Assembly: GCA_965235115.1 (NCBI GenBank)
Contig: OZ249436.1
Coordinates: 45,882,001 to 45,946,000 of the forward strand
Direction: 5' to 3'
From: Laetmonice hystrix
Lineage: Eukaryota
DNA length: 64,000 nt
Positions 11,148-24,138 of this stretch are shown in pieces. A model generated the notes under the pieces. It worked only from the letters and a program-made list of their open reading frames with translations. It did not search any database and was not told where the DNA came from. The position numbers were made by a program, and so were the translations under genes. Positions within the stretch are counted from its first letter, which is position 1, and each line of letters starts with the position of its first letter.

Positions 11148-14100
11148 GTAAGAGTTTGGGCGAATGATTTTTTTATTCGATGCTTAAAGAGGCATATTAT
11201 GAGGAAACGTGAAAAATCTGTATTTCAAAGAACGTTTGCTGTTTTCATAAAGAGATCCTTCATTAAAATTGCTTGGTAAACAAAGACAGACTTATCAGTT
11301 TCAATTTGCGTGAGAAATCGAAGTTTATGAAGCTCCCTTGCCCGCTTCTCTGCCGATTTCGTAAAATATTTTTGGGTGGCATTCTGATGCCAGACGATCG
11401 AGTGCAACTGCTGAATTGTTTACAACTAAACGAAACACGTGACTAAGCACATGCAGAGAGTGCACACGCAGGATGTGACGCAGTATGCAAATACACGGGT
11501 TGATGGGAGGTTGTCGACCAAATTATGGCGGGAGATGTGCTATCTGGAGAAATCTATGGGGTTGGTCGTATAGAACCTACTTGTGCTGCAGACGCAGCGA
11601 AAACACGTCGGAGGACAAAATGCTGTGGTAGGATTATTTACTTGGATCCCTAGTACACGGTCATGTTGGATAATTGCCGGAAATCCTCAAAAACGTGTTC
11701 TATAGCATGCCCCTTTAATTTGAAAGAATTAGAATATCCGCCCTCAATACTGCCTGGAAATAATACTACCTGAAGAATAGGTAGAGTTTGGAAAAGCCTG
11801 GGCCCCCATATAGAGAGGCCGGTTAGGTCACGGTTACAGCATTGAAACATTTTAAAAACCCAAGGCCTTGACAGAAAGGGTCGCTTGAATCACAGTAGAT
11901 TAGTCGGTCAGCGCAGACCAATTGTTTGCTGGCTTACTGACATATCAGCCATTTGTGTCCGTTAATCAACTGGCTTTTGTTTACGGAGCATACGTGATCA
12001 GTGACGTCACAGACGCCATGTTTGGTCCGCGATACATTTTCCAAACCTTTTCCTACCAGAGCACGGCGTTCATCTTCTCTCACTAGTCACTATTATTTAA
12101 AATCCATTTCTGGAATGAAGGACCTCGCATTAATGTGAAACGGTGTTTTTTCAGCTTTGAAGTAAAATCTGCAAGTACCGTTGCATTGTGGTTTGGATCG
12201 TGAAAACAACCCGATGCCATCTCTGTCTTTTCGTGGAACATTGTAAAAGATGCCCCATGTTTCCTTTTGAAAAGTGCTTTTTCATGCAAAAGTACATTGA
12301 TCATGTTGTTATTGTTAGTATCTACCCCTCCCCAAACTTTCTCATCATCACAAACGGCTAAAGGTTGGAAAAACATTTGATCTTGTATTTACAATTTGTC
12401 TTGGAATACTCAGACCAAACCTGGCTGCATTATAGTAATACGAGAAGTATTTTGCTTGAATATTGATTTCAAAACCAGGAAAGGGGTTTCCAATTTGCCG
12501 CTTCTAAGGAAATTATATTCCGTGCGCCCGTGCCCGTGCGACGCCCGTGCGACGCCCGTGCGACGCCCGTGCGACGCCCGTGCGACGCCCGTCTTTCTGC
12601 CCTGCATGTTCACCAGAACAAGCGGCAGAAATTTTGTATTATTACAGTGAGCGAAGTGCCAGCTGTGGAGATCAATACGTTTTGGTGGAGCCTGGAGTCA
12701 ATGACCCCTAGTTCCGCCACAGATTGCGGTGGAGGTGAATCATTTATACAATGATGTAGTGAGACGTCAGCTAAATCAGCGCCTCCGAGAACGGAGAACC
12801 CTGGGAAATAGAGGCCGTCTAGTGGAACTAATTATCAATCACTGTCGTTGAGAATGAATTCCCCATTTTTATGAGCCTCGCAGATCATATTTGACAGTTT
12901 CTAAATCGATGACTACCAATGGAGGCAGGAACAAATAGGAACGTCCATATTTAGTAACAAGCCGAGGCTCAGCACACAGGGATCAGATTACTTTCGTATC
13001 TCCACCACACCAGGAGGGTGTTTGTCGGGTGGGGCCACGCTGGATTGAGCCGCATACGTGTTTCTAAAAATAGCTCCATTAGTTTGTCTTTACTTCCAGC
13101 GCACGGATCGATTCTATTTATAGCTGATCCGATAAGACCTCTCGGGAACATGAAACCGGTTCGGTTGGGGCAATATTGTCTTGGCCATTCTCCGGACTGG
13201 AGGTCACGTGCCCACCTTAAGGAGAAGATAAATCACTATAGTGTAAGCTCAAAAAATGATTAAAAGACGTGTTAAAGAGTCATGAATATAGTAATGGGTC
13301 CAACACTATTTAGCCCTGTGAGGAATGTAGAAGGTTTGTAATCTGAGGTCATTTCGTTCCCAGGGAGTTGTACTCCGTCTATGAATGTGGAAGTCAGGTT
13401 TGTAATCTGAGGTCATTTCATTCCCAGGGAGTTGTACTCCGTCTATGAATGCGGAAGTTAGGTTTGTAATCTGAGGTCATTTCATTCCCAGGGAGTTGTA
13501 CTCCGTCCATGAATGTGGAAGTTAGGTTTGTAATCTGGGGTCATTTCATTCCCAGGGAGTTGTACTCCGTCTATGAATGTGGAAGTTAGGTTTGTAATCT
13601 GAGGTCATTTCATTCCCACGGAGTTGTACTCCGTCTATGAATGTGGATGTTAGGTTTGTAATCTGAGGTCATTTCATTCCCAGGGAGTTGTACTCCGTCT
13701 ATGAATGTGGATGTTAGGTTTGTAATCTTAGGTCATTTCATTCCCAGGGAGTCGTACTCCGTCTAAGAATGTGGATGTTAGGTTTGTAATCTGAGGTCAT
13801 TTCATTCCCAGGGAGTTGTACTCCGTCTAAGAAATGATCTTGTTGTCCTAAACAACAATGCGCGCACATGGGTCCAAATTTGACTTCACAACATGTGATT
13901 ACTTGTTAGTTGAGTGACATTTAAGTTTTCTTAAGACAAAAAGTTTAGAAATGGTTGATCAAATGTCGAGGAAAAAATAGACTTTGACCGATGATGTCAT
14001 CCCGACAAGAGGTCCCGGACAAGCGAAGCCATGCTTGCGGAGAGCTGAGACTGGGGGATGTATCATACCGTGACACCGGCCTGGGAACCACGTCAATGAC

Positions 14101-16014
14101 AAGCGAAGCCATGCTTGCGGAGACCTGAGACTGGGGGGGGGGGGGGGTGTATGATACCGTGACACCGGCCTGAGAACCACGTCAATGACAAGCGAAGCCA
14201 TGCTTGCGGAGACCTGAGACTGGGGGATGTATGATACCGTGACACCGGCCTGAGAACCACGTCAAGGCCTCAATGTCTTTGTCTCCGTCATTTACCTGGT
14301 TATAATACCATCTATTGATTTCATACCCGTTCCTTGTAATTTAAACTGCTTTGAACCAGATCATATCTTACCTTTCAGGCCGATACATACCTTTGCTATG
14401 CCGGGGAGAAAGGGAAGGACACTCTTTACTTAAGTAAGTATGCACGCCATTTAATCAGTTTATTTTTATAGGCTGTAAGTGTAACATTTTTGATTTATTC
14501 ATATTGTAATATTGTTTTTTCTATCTCTCCTCGGTACAATATGATACGAACTAGGGTGAGATAAGTTCATTTGTATGAAGGCAGACCATACTGAATTGAT
14601 GGAGTGTAAACGATATAACAATAACTACTTCACAATCACCAACTACGCCGGAGGGAAAACGCGTTGTGAAAACGGAAGACGTTAAAAACGCACGCATTAT
14701 GGGAAATCGGTGATCCTTGCCGAGACATTTAGTAAATATAAAACCATAAAACGCGTTGTGATTAAAGAAACGCATTGATCCAACAGCCGTCTACTATCTA
14801 TTATAGCTTCTCTCAGGTCCCACTTTGAGATTGGTAAGACGAGAGAAGCTTTACAGTATTAGGATGATCTGTACGCCGGCCCATATGTTTACAGTATTAG
14901 GATGACCTGTACGCCGGCCCATATGTTTACAGTATTAGAATGATCTGTACGCCGGCCCATATGTTTACAGTATTAGGATGATCTGTACGCCGGCCCATAT
15001 GTTTACAGTATTAGGATGATCTGTACGCCGGCCCATATGTTTACAGTATTAGGATGATCTGTACGCCGGCCCATATGTTTACAGTATTAGAATGATCTGT
15101 ACGCCGGCCCATATGTTTACAGTATTAGGATGATCTGTACGCCGGCCCATATGTTTACAGTATATTAGGATGATCTGTACGCCGGCCCATATGTTTACAG
15201 TATATTAGGATGATCTGTACGCCGGCCCATATGTTTACAGTATATTAGGATGATCTGTACGCCGGCCCATATGTTTACAGTATTAGGATGATCTGTACGC
15301 CGGCCCATATGTTTACAGTATTAGGATGATCTGTACGCCGGCCCATATGTTTACAGTATTAGGATGATCTGTACGCGGCCCATATGTTTACAGTATTAGG
15401 ATGATCTGTACGCCGGCCCATATGTTTACAGTATTAGGATGATCTGTACGCCGGCCCATATGGTTGGTATTTGCTAAGGATCCAAACGGTTTTTAACATA
15501 CTGCTTGGTCAGCATTCAATAAAAGGCATCGTCACATAATAAAACATTCGTTGCCTGGGAGACTACATAGTGATTACCCCAATGTTCGCTGAATTCTCGG
15601 GCCAACCAAAATATGCTTGGTTAGGAAGTGGCTGCCATCTTGTCCTAGCACGGACTCCACCGGCACTGTGTGGCGTTGCGTGGGTGGAGCCGGGAGGTCG
15701 GGGGGGGGGGGGTGCGGGGTGTGGGGGTGTGTCTGCGCCTGAATGCGGCAAAATGAACCGGTTGCTGGGGCTGCAGGCACGCTACGCGCCTGCGCAGGGA
15801 GGAGGGGGCAGTCAAGTAATGAATGAATGACGCTTCTGACGCCTACGCACAGACGCTCGTAGAATACCAGCTGGCCAATGTTCACAAGGCGCCACTTGGG
15901 ATCTACTTGCGCCTGTTCCCTCCACACATCCCTCCGCAACAACCCCCCCCCCCCAACAACAACAACAAGCCCCCCCTCAACAACAACAACAACAACAACA
16001 ACAAAGAGAGAGAC

Positions 16015-16045
<31 letters not shown>

Positions 16046-19000
16046 GACAGAGAGAGAGGGAGGGATGAGGGGGAGGGGTCATTCCCCCCCCCCCCATTAT
16101 GTAGTCTCAATGAAGAGGCAGCACTCTATCCCAACTGTGCAACCAGAGCTCCAGAGCCATCCCAATAATATAATCAACATATTTTATGAGCTGTAAAGAG
16201 CGGTATGGTTGATAACGTGAGCGGACGTTTTGTATACTCATGTAGTCCACACTTAGACAATCCGTAGGTGCTGTGAGCACCCATGTCGCCATCTATGTTA
16301 TAACACCGTTCTAAACGTGTTATAATTAGAGTCCTTAATATTTCAATCCAGCTGTACCCTTTTGCCAGAGTTAATGTCGAACTGCTAATAGACTGTTAGG
16401 AAAACGCAATCAAGACATTTCTGACTAATCGAATCAGATGATGAAAACAGGATGCGTGGGAAGTCGTGCTCGGAAGAGAAAACCGCAAACTGACAAAATG
16501 GACGGTGTTTATCGCTGGTATTTTACACAAAACTCGATTGCTAATAAATTAATAACTTAAGAGATGTTTATCATGTCCCATGTCATCCAATGAGAATAAA
16601 TAGAATTTTCGTCGAGCGGGAGCGCTTTTACTATTCTTAGAATTATATGGTGATGCTTTCAATATACCAACAGTACAAGGACATGTATGTTCATGTTCAC
16701 CATTATCTCAGTTCATGGGAAATACTATTATGTTTCGCGCGTAATATTCAGTATATACTTCCTTTAATTCCAGCTGGTTTCATTCCACATGCCAACATGT
16801 CCACAGCCCACCACATCCTCCTGTATGGCTGCACCGAGCCTGGTCAAGACAAACCCGTTTGGTATGCAAGTTTGGTATTCTTCTCAATAGTTTGATCAAG
16901 CAGTCAATGACACCAGATTATGTTATTGCGAAATCCATTAGTCAAATTAAACATGATATTGTCTCGTTTCCACGATTGTTTGAGTAATTCTTGCTGTAAC
17001 ATCAAATTAGATGAAATTCTTTATGAATAGGCCACGTGTGTGTATCAGAGTAGGAAATTGTGAGTGTGTATTTGACGTCTGTGTTTGTGATGTCTGACTT
17101 CATTTCAGGCACTGTACCTAGTGTGTCTAAGATTATGTTTCATATTTGACGTCACTGTTTCAGAGACTTTAGTGTGTTTGAGATTATGTTTCATATTTGA
17201 CGTCACTGTTTCAGAGACCGTAATCTGTTTGAGATTATATGTTATATTTGACGTCACTGTTTCAGAGACTGTAGTGTACTTTGAGACAGTGACTGTAGTG
17301 TGTTTGGGATTATGTTTCATATTTGACGTCACTGTTTCAGAGACTTTAGTGTGTTTGGGATTATGTTTCATATTTGACGTCACTGTTTCAGAGACCGTAA
17401 TCTGTTTGAGATTGTATGTTATATTTGACGTCACTGTTTCAGAGACTGTAGTGTACTTTGAGACAGTGACTGTAGTGTGTTTGAGATTATGTATTTTATG
17501 TACATTCTCGGTTTCAGGGATTGTGGAGAGATGCAGGGGACGGGTGGAGGGTTCGTTAAGGGGCCCGTCTGCCGGTCTGGGGCCCAGATTATTTACGCAT
17601 GGGCAATGGACGCCCCTGAGCTTAAACTCCCTCCAGGTAGGCCTCGGGACAGCTTTCTCTGAGTTTAAGAAAGGTTTTGAAATGTGACCATAGGTTAAAG
17701 ATAGTGTTCTGACATTTCTTGTTACCTATGCCAATTTACTCAAATTTCCATCACTGAAATTACTTACCTGGCCTAATGGTGCTATCAGTTATATATTATA
17801 TGGTCTTAAACCACTGCTGCACTTCATATTATAGACAAACTTTTTCCCTTCAAAATCCTTAAAGCCTTTTTTCTAACTGAAACATCAAATCAATCCGACC
17901 CGGTTTAATGAATCCTTGACAGTTTTGAAATAATTCTTTGTACCCTGTTTCAGGTGTCGCCTTTAAAGTATTTGGTGATGGCAGCATCCAGCAGTTGGTC
18001 ATGCAGGTTCATTACAAATCTGTCGATCTGTTCGTACCCCCGAAAAACGGCACCGATAACTCGGGTCTTACCCTCCTGGCAACAACCACCCCGTAAGTCA
18101 CCGTTTTATAGGACGTTTTTTCTACTTCATTTTAAAAAATAAATTTACTGTTCTCCGGTTATCTATCTCACTTTTTTCAAAACGCATCAAGACCGTTACA
18201 AAATGATCAAATTGACAATATCCACACATCAAGACCGTTACAAAATGATCAAATTGACAATATCCACGCATCAAGACCGTTACAAAATGATCAAATTGAC
18301 AATATCCACGCATCAAGACCGTTACAAAATGATCAAATTGACAATATCCACGCGTCAAGACCGTTACAAAATGATCAAATTGACAATATCCATGCATTAC
18401 AAAATGATCAAATTGACAATATCCACGCATCAAGACCGTTACAAAATGATCAAATTGACAATATCCACACATCAAGACCGTTACAAAATGATCAAATTGA
18501 CAATATCCACGCATCAAGACCGTTACAAAATGATCAAATTGACAATATCCATGCATTACAAAATGATCAAATTGACAATATCCACGCATCAAGACCGTTA
18601 CAAAATGATCAAATTGACAATATCCACACATCAAGACCGTTACAAAATGATCAAATTGACAATATCCACACATCAAGACCGTTACAAAATGATCAAATTG
18701 ACAATATCCACACATCAAGACCGTTACAAAATGATCAAATTGACAATATCCACGCATCAAGACCGTTACAAAATGATCAAATTGACAATATCCACGCGTC
18801 AAGACCGTTACAAAATGATCAAATTGACAATATCCACACATCAAGACCGTTACAAAATGATCAAATTGACAATATCCACACATCAAGACCGTTACAAAAT
18901 GATCAAATTGACAATATCCACACATCAAGACCGTTACAAAATGATCAAATTGACAATATCCACACATCAAGACCGTTACAAAATGATCAAATTGACAATA

Positions 19001-21996
19001 TCCACGCATCAAGACCGTTACAAAATGATCAAATTGACAATATCCACGCATCAAGACCGTTACAAAATGATCAAATTGACAATATCCACACATCAAGACC
19101 GTTACAAAATGATCAAATTGACAATATCCACGCATCAAGACCGTTACAAAATGATCAAATTGACAATATCCACACATCAAGACCGTTACAAAATGATCAA
19201 ATTGACAATATATCCACGCATCAAAACCGTTACAAAATGATCAAATTGACAATATCCACGCATTAAGACCGTTACAAAATGATCAAATTGACAATATCCA
19301 CGCATCAAGACCGTTACAAAATGATCAAATTGACAATATCCACGCGTCAAGACCGTTACAAAAGGATCAAATTGACAATATCCACGCATCAAGACCGTTA
19401 CAAAATGATCAAATTGACAATATCCACACATCAAGACCCTTACAAAATGATCAAATTGACAATATCCACGCATCAAGATCGTTACAAAATGATCAAATTG
19501 ACAATATCCACGCGTCAAGACCGTTACAAAATGATCAAATTGACAATATCCACGCATCAAGACCGTTACAAAATGATCAAATTGACAATATCCACGCATC
19601 AAAACCGTTACAAAATGATCAAATTGACAATATCCACGCATCAAGACCGCTACAAAAGGATCAAATTGACAATATCCACGCATCAAGATCGTTACAAAAT
19701 GATCAAATTGACAATATCCACGCATCAAGATCGTTACAAAATGATCAAATTGACAATATCCATGCATTACAAAATGATCAAATTGACAATATCCACGCAT
19801 CAAGACCGTTACAAAATGATCAAATTGATAATATCCATATCTTTGGCGGAAGTCTGTCCCACGTACCCGAGCTTTGACCTCGTGTTGTAGCAGTTACGGG
19901 GACTCTGTACATAATTGATAGTTTATGATCGATCAGGGTGGCATGAATCGAGTTTGATGACGGTTGTCGTTATATTCACAGTCAGCCCCGCCGTGCAGGT
20001 GTGTACCTGTTGGGTACTGGAGGATCGATAGCACCTCATTCCGTCGGTATGTTCTTAAAATACACCTACTCCTGCAACTAGTGACTGGTAAAATTACTGT
20101 CATGCAGAGGTTATCAAAGCAAGGGGCGGTGCCCATCACAACCCTTGTAACTTTACATCGATTGTCACCCCTCTATCTGAGTACTTATATATTCTGCGTT
20201 TTACTCTTTGTCACCGGTTCTCTGCCGTAGAAAATGTGCAACTTTGGCTATAATTACATACGTAGGAAAAAATATGAGAGTGAGCGTTGATTTATTGGTA
20301 GAAATTGTTCTTTACGATATCAGCTATATAATATGACATCCAGTTGTTACATTGGATTTCTTTTATATACTTTAATAGTGTTTATTGTTGTTTGTGTAGT
20401 CTACATGGAGACAGCTTGCAGCGTCAATGACCCGTTTACGATTCACCCGTTCGCCTACCGCGCCCACGCACACACCCACGGTAAGCAAACAGTTGTACCT
20501 CATCTCATTACGGCCATACTTGATTCTTGATCGGGGTTGTGTAAGATAATCTCTGCCGGCGGGGATCTATAGGCGGGACTTACAGGAGGACGCTAACGTC
20601 TGGTGAATTGATCTCTACAGGAGAAGTTGTGTCGGGTTACCGAGTGCGCGATGGAGAATGGACAGAACTCGGCCGGGTATCACCCAAACTACCCGAGATG
20701 TTTTATAATGTCACTTCTCCCGGCATCACGGTGGAGAAAGGAGATATCTTGGTAAGTGCCAACTACATCTCAAACGTACCAAACAGATGTAGAGTAATTA
20801 GAAACAGATGTAGAGTAATTAGAAAGAAATACGAGGAAAGGATTCTGAGCTGTGGGAAGGTTCATAATGACGCCTGTCCATGTCGCGGTACGCATCGTGC
20901 ATGCCCTGGGAATATTGATAATGAAAACGGCATACCTGACTTTATGTTGATAGAAACTGCAGCCGACGAGGGGAGTTTTAATTGAAGGCCATTATGTAAA
21001 ATAGAAAAAAGAAATGCGAGTGACCTTTAGTAAAAAGATCCTGTCTCTAGCACGGGCAGAGTTTGATGTTGTAGTGATCTTTCACTGAATGTCATTTTGA
21101 CTGAGTCATTTGATATTGGCATTTTTAGGCCGCTCGCTGCACGATGGTTAATAAAGGCGACAAGGAGGTCGACATCGGGTAAGTCTCTCACACACCTGGC
21201 TGTGCGCCTCGATAAATGACATGCACATAATGAAACACCTGCGTCAGGTAGAACTCGACGTCTTGGAACTGTTTAACAAAACGCTAGATTTGGTTTATAT
21301 TAATTAGTCCACTGTATTGCATCTCATTAAAGGAGTAGAGAGGGAGAGAGAGAGAGAAGCAGGATGCGCCATTGCAACCCCAATTTACTATTCCCTGATG
21401 CACTTGTGATCCTCGAGTATGGAAACGATTGTCATACCAAAGTAATATCTGTTTTTTCTCTCAGACAAACTGCGACGGATGAGATGTGTAACTTCTACAT
21501 CATGTACTACGTGGACGGGGACCGGATTATGAGCGACCGTTACTGCTTCACCCCGGGGCCTCCTGCCTGGAACTGGGGCAAGTTCCCCGGCCTCGACCCT
21601 GCCAACGCTCCTTCTAATGCGTCCTTGGTCCCGGACAGCGGCAAGCTGTTGAAGGCCACCCAGGAGTTCCTCGATAACACGCAGGACTTCATGGACAAAG
21701 AGAACGATCTCATGGAGAAACAGATGGAGCAGTTCCTCCAGATCGTCCGTAATAACCTGGAGGAGGAAGAGGGCGGCCAGGAAGAAAACGGCCCGGCCTA
21801 CGGCTACGGCCGCGCCCCCTATCAGATTGAGGAGGAACCAGAACGTCTGAGTGACCCGGACGACATCAACGAACTCATGGCTCGATACAGCGACAGCCTG
21901 TACGACGACGACGCCCTGTACGAGCCGAGGGTACTGCGCGACTACCCCGAGCCATTCAACCCATGGCAGGACGAAGACACTGACAACTTTTATTAA
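11019..21996 (+). CDS. Phm: Monofunctional peptidylglycine alpha-hydroxylating monooxygenase (PHM), 10 coding exons, 462 aa: join(11019..11147,14379..14433,16774..16861,17518..17636,17954..18092,19982..20046,20400..20480,20621..20751,21129..21178,21465..21996)
   Basis: All nine introns are GT..AG with compatible phases; spliced length is 1389 nt. Signal peptide MAVAMYGVLLAAMVATAAHA. PHM motifs: DTYLC, AHHILLYGC (CuH His-His), IIYAWAMDAP, LVMQVHY (CuH His), HPFAYRAHAHTHG (CuM His-x-His), VVSGYRVR, ILAARC, DEMCNFYIMYY (CuM Met). The stop codon is reached without a PAL or TM domain. Confidence 0.95.
11188..11714 (+). mobile_element. TTAA-inserting MITE (Kolobok-like), copy A, in PHM intron 1
   Basis: TTAA|AGAGGCATATTATGA...TATAGCATGCCCCT|TTAA; highly similar over about 520 bp to 56159..56673. 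Confidence 0.88.
12525..12592. repeat. 11-bp tandem repeat, about 5-6 copies
   Basis: (GTGCGACGCCC)n. Confidence 0.9.
13323..13830. repeat. Minisatellite, 64-bp unit, about 8 copies
   Basis: Unit ATGAATGTGGAAGTTAGGTTTGTAATCTGAGGTCATTTCATTCCCAGGGAGTTGTACTCCGTCT. Confidence 0.95.
14018..14265. repeat. Tandem repeat, about 80-bp unit, 3 copies
   Basis: GACAAGCGAAGCCATGCTTGCGGAGA...GAACCACGTCAAT; the middle copy has an expanded poly-G. Confidence 0.9.
14379..14433 (+). CDS. Phm: PHM coding exon 2 (ADTYLCYAGEKGKDTLYL)
   Basis: cctttcag acceptor, A|gtaagt donor, DTYLC motif; phases fit the neighbouring exons. Confidence 0.88.
14849..15462. repeat. Minisatellite, 38-bp unit, about 16 copies
   Basis: Unit TTTACAGTATTAGGATGATCTGTACGCCGGCCCATATG. 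Confidence 0.96.
16774..16861 (+). CDS. Phm: PHM coding exon 3 (GFIPHANMSTAHHILLYGCTEPG)
   Basis: ttccag acceptor, TG|gtatgc donor, CuH His-His motif. Confidence 0.95.
17100..17492. repeat. Minisatellite, about 51-bp unit with a higher-order doublet, abutting the PHM exon 4 acceptor
   Basis: Repeated ATATTTGACGTCACTGTTTCAGAGAC core, six copies. Confidence 0.9.
17518..17636 (+). CDS. Phm: PHM coding exon 4 (DCGEM...IIYAWAMDAPELKLPP)
   Basis: tttcag acceptor, G|gtaggc donor, conserved YAWAMDAP. Confidence 0.95.
17954..18092 (+). CDS. Phm: PHM coding exon 5 (VAFKVFGDGSIQQLVMQVHY...DNSGLTL)
   Basis: tttcag acceptor, CC|gtaagt donor, QVHY third CuH ligand. Confidence 0.95.
18182..19838. repeat. 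Minisatellite, 42-bp unit, about 40 copies, filling PHM intron 5
   Basis: Unit ACGCATCAAGACCGTTACAAAATGATCAAATTGACAATATCC, with recurrent 33-bp deletion units. Confidence 0.97.
19982..20046 (+). CDS. Phm: PHM coding exon 6 (QPRRAGVYLLGTGGSIAPHS)
   Basis: ttcacag acceptor, G|gtatgt donor, AGVYLL motif; phases are consistent. Confidence 0.92.
20400..20480 (+). CDS. Phm: PHM coding exon 7 (YMETAC...HPFAYRAHAHTH)
   Basis: tgtag acceptor, G|gtaagc donor, CuM His-x-His. Confidence 0.95.
20621..20751 (+). CDS. Phm: PHM coding exon 8 (EVVSGYRVRDGEWTELGR...KGDIL)
   Basis: ctacag acceptor, TTG|gtaagt donor, conserved VVSGYRV and GDIL. Confidence 0.95.
21129..21178 (+). CDS. Phm: PHM coding exon 9 (AARCTMVNKGDKEVDIG)
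   Basis: tttttag acceptor, GG|gtaagt donor, AARC motif. Confidence 0.93.
21465..21996 (+). CDS. Phm: PHM terminal exon 10 (TDEMCNFYIMYY plus acidic tail, TAA stop)
   Basis: ttctctcag acceptor, CuM Met in DEMCNF, open to TAA at 21994-21996. Confidence 0.95.
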
Positions 21997-23957
21997 AAGA
22001 TTTCTCACTGGCCCCGCTGCTTGGCAGCCGATTTTTGCCAGTTGTGATGACGTCACACCTAAACTGACACTTCAAATGGAAGGGTGGAACATAGCAGAGT
22101 TAGATCAAGATACGGGCTGAAGCCAGGCCTAATCCCACCCCCACCCCCCAAGAAACGGTTAAACCCGTTAATCATTTAAAGCAGTTTTTCAGTTTTTAAA
22201 ACAAGCCCCTTTGAACTGCGACAGAAATGTTGTGAGGAACCCTGAAGATGGCCAACAGTTGTGGAAAGGGCATAAACCAATCAATCACCACCACTTCCGG
22301 TGTGGAGCGGTGCATGGCCACCAGAGGTCGTGTCAGTTTAGGTGTGTCGCGTGGCAAGAACTCCCCCCAAAAAACGAGGCATATCTCGAGGACCCGTTGC
22401 ACTGTCTGCTCCCCCGGCTGCACTCGACACTTGAAGAAGCCAACACGAGTCGTTTGTACACATCGGACGTGGCTGTTTGCGATTGTATGTAGAACCCAGC
22501 TGTCAGATGGCAAGGATCACAGGTAGATCTGTATTGTATTGGCGACAAGATGACCAACATTTCGTTCAGTGCGTCATTCTGTTGACGGAGCGCACGGGTT
22601 GTTTCCGCTTTCAGTGACAGAATGCATGCATGTTCGCGAAGGTGAGCACAGGGGGGGGGGGGGGCAGTGAGGGCGGATCGTTTTCATCATGATAACTTAT
22701 GAAATTACTGCATGCTATCGATTATAATTATTATCATCAAAATATCACCAACTTATTCGGTACGTATTAATATATATAGCCTAATTCTTTTCCCTACGTC
22801 TCCAAATTTATTCCCGCTGATGGGATTTGAAAATTCCGATAATGTATTCTTTGTATGACCAAATCGCGTTTTGAATGAAGAATTTGTTTTCTATTTTTAC
22901 GGGACAGATTTAAATCTTCCTTAGCCATTTATTTTTAAAACCAGCAAAAGGTATAAAATGAAGTTATAACACGACACCAAAGAACAAAAAGTAATTAGTT
23001 TTTTTCCCGTGGATTTCACGTCATCTATCCATTGGATGTTGCAATGATAACAATGACAGAGTAACCCTACATGTTCGTTAAACTATTCCCCATGACTTGT
23101 AATTCGTGTTCTTCTAACGCTTTACTAGAACTCTTGTGTATAGGCAACCTCTATACCGGAATGCCACTAATCTAATTAGCTGTTCCGCAACCACATGAAC
23201 ATCACTTCGCAGATGCAGCATAATCCCTATTATCTAGTCTCAGAATTTTTCTAAATAGACTGTCCTATAGACTGTTCATGTACTAATGCATTTCGTGGTC
23301 CGTATACATAATATTCTACATATCCGTCGATGTGAGCCTTCATTTCTCGTCATATAAATGCATGGTTAGAATATCGTATTTCGCTACTGCTTACTGTAAC
23401 AATGATGTATATTTGATATGACATGTCGTACCAACCCAGAGAAATGTTTAAAAGACGATGAAGAATGTTTTCTTCTCCTGATTGTGTCGACCACTGGTTA
23501 TATCTTATCTATTTTCTTCTTATCCCAAACTCCACACATGAGATGACTGTACGATGTGGCGTTACATTATCGAAACATCGTTATACCGGAAATACAGACC
23601 GCCAGCATCTTAGACCAACTACCTTCAGCAAGAAGGTGTTTTCAATTTTTTTCTCTTTAATTTCAAGAACCTAGATCTTGTCTTTTCAATGCACGATAAT
23701 CATTAGCTTTTGTAAATACTCGGACTTTATTATGAATTAGAAGAGCAGGGCTCAGTAAGTAATTATGTCCATGTCGGGCGAAGACCCAGATAATGTTTAC
23801 ATTATAAAGGGTCCCGCGTCGTTTTAACCAAGTTTTGTCTCCACTGATTCCCTATGGGGTGCCAAAGTTGTAGGAACGTTGACGTATAGTGTGGTTGACT
23901 TGGTATGTTACCGATCGGTTGCCGGTTTATGGCACTCGAGCCATGTTGACATGTTAC

Positions 23958-24138
23958 GATGAGATGGTTAGATTGGTTAGTTAAGACAGTGAGATGGTTT
24001 GATTGGTTAGTTAAGACAATGAGATGGTTAGATTGGTTAGTTAAGACAATGAGATGGTTTGATTGGTTAGTAAGACAGTGAGATGGTTTGATTGGTTAGT
24101 TAAGACAATGAGATGGTTAGATTGGTTAGTTAAGACAA
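23958..24138. repeat. Minisatellite, 30-bp unit, about 6 copies
   Basis: Unit GAGATGGTTAGATTGGTTAGTTAAGACAAT. Confidence 0.92.

Noticed and set aside
15574..16168. Overlapping ORFs with poly-V, poly-N, poly-T and ER runs
   Set aside because: Products of (CAA)n, (GA)n and poly-C/G tracts in PHM intron 2.
18122..19890. ORFs of 203-352 aa (MIKLTISTHQDRYK and GYCQFDHFVTVLM repeats)
   Set aside because: A 42-bp minisatellite inside PHM intron 5, open on both strands, with a 2-nt frameshift near 19210.
21388..22056. 222-aa minus-strand ORF
   Set aside because: Antisense shadow of the GC3-rich PHM terminal exon; no recognisable motif.
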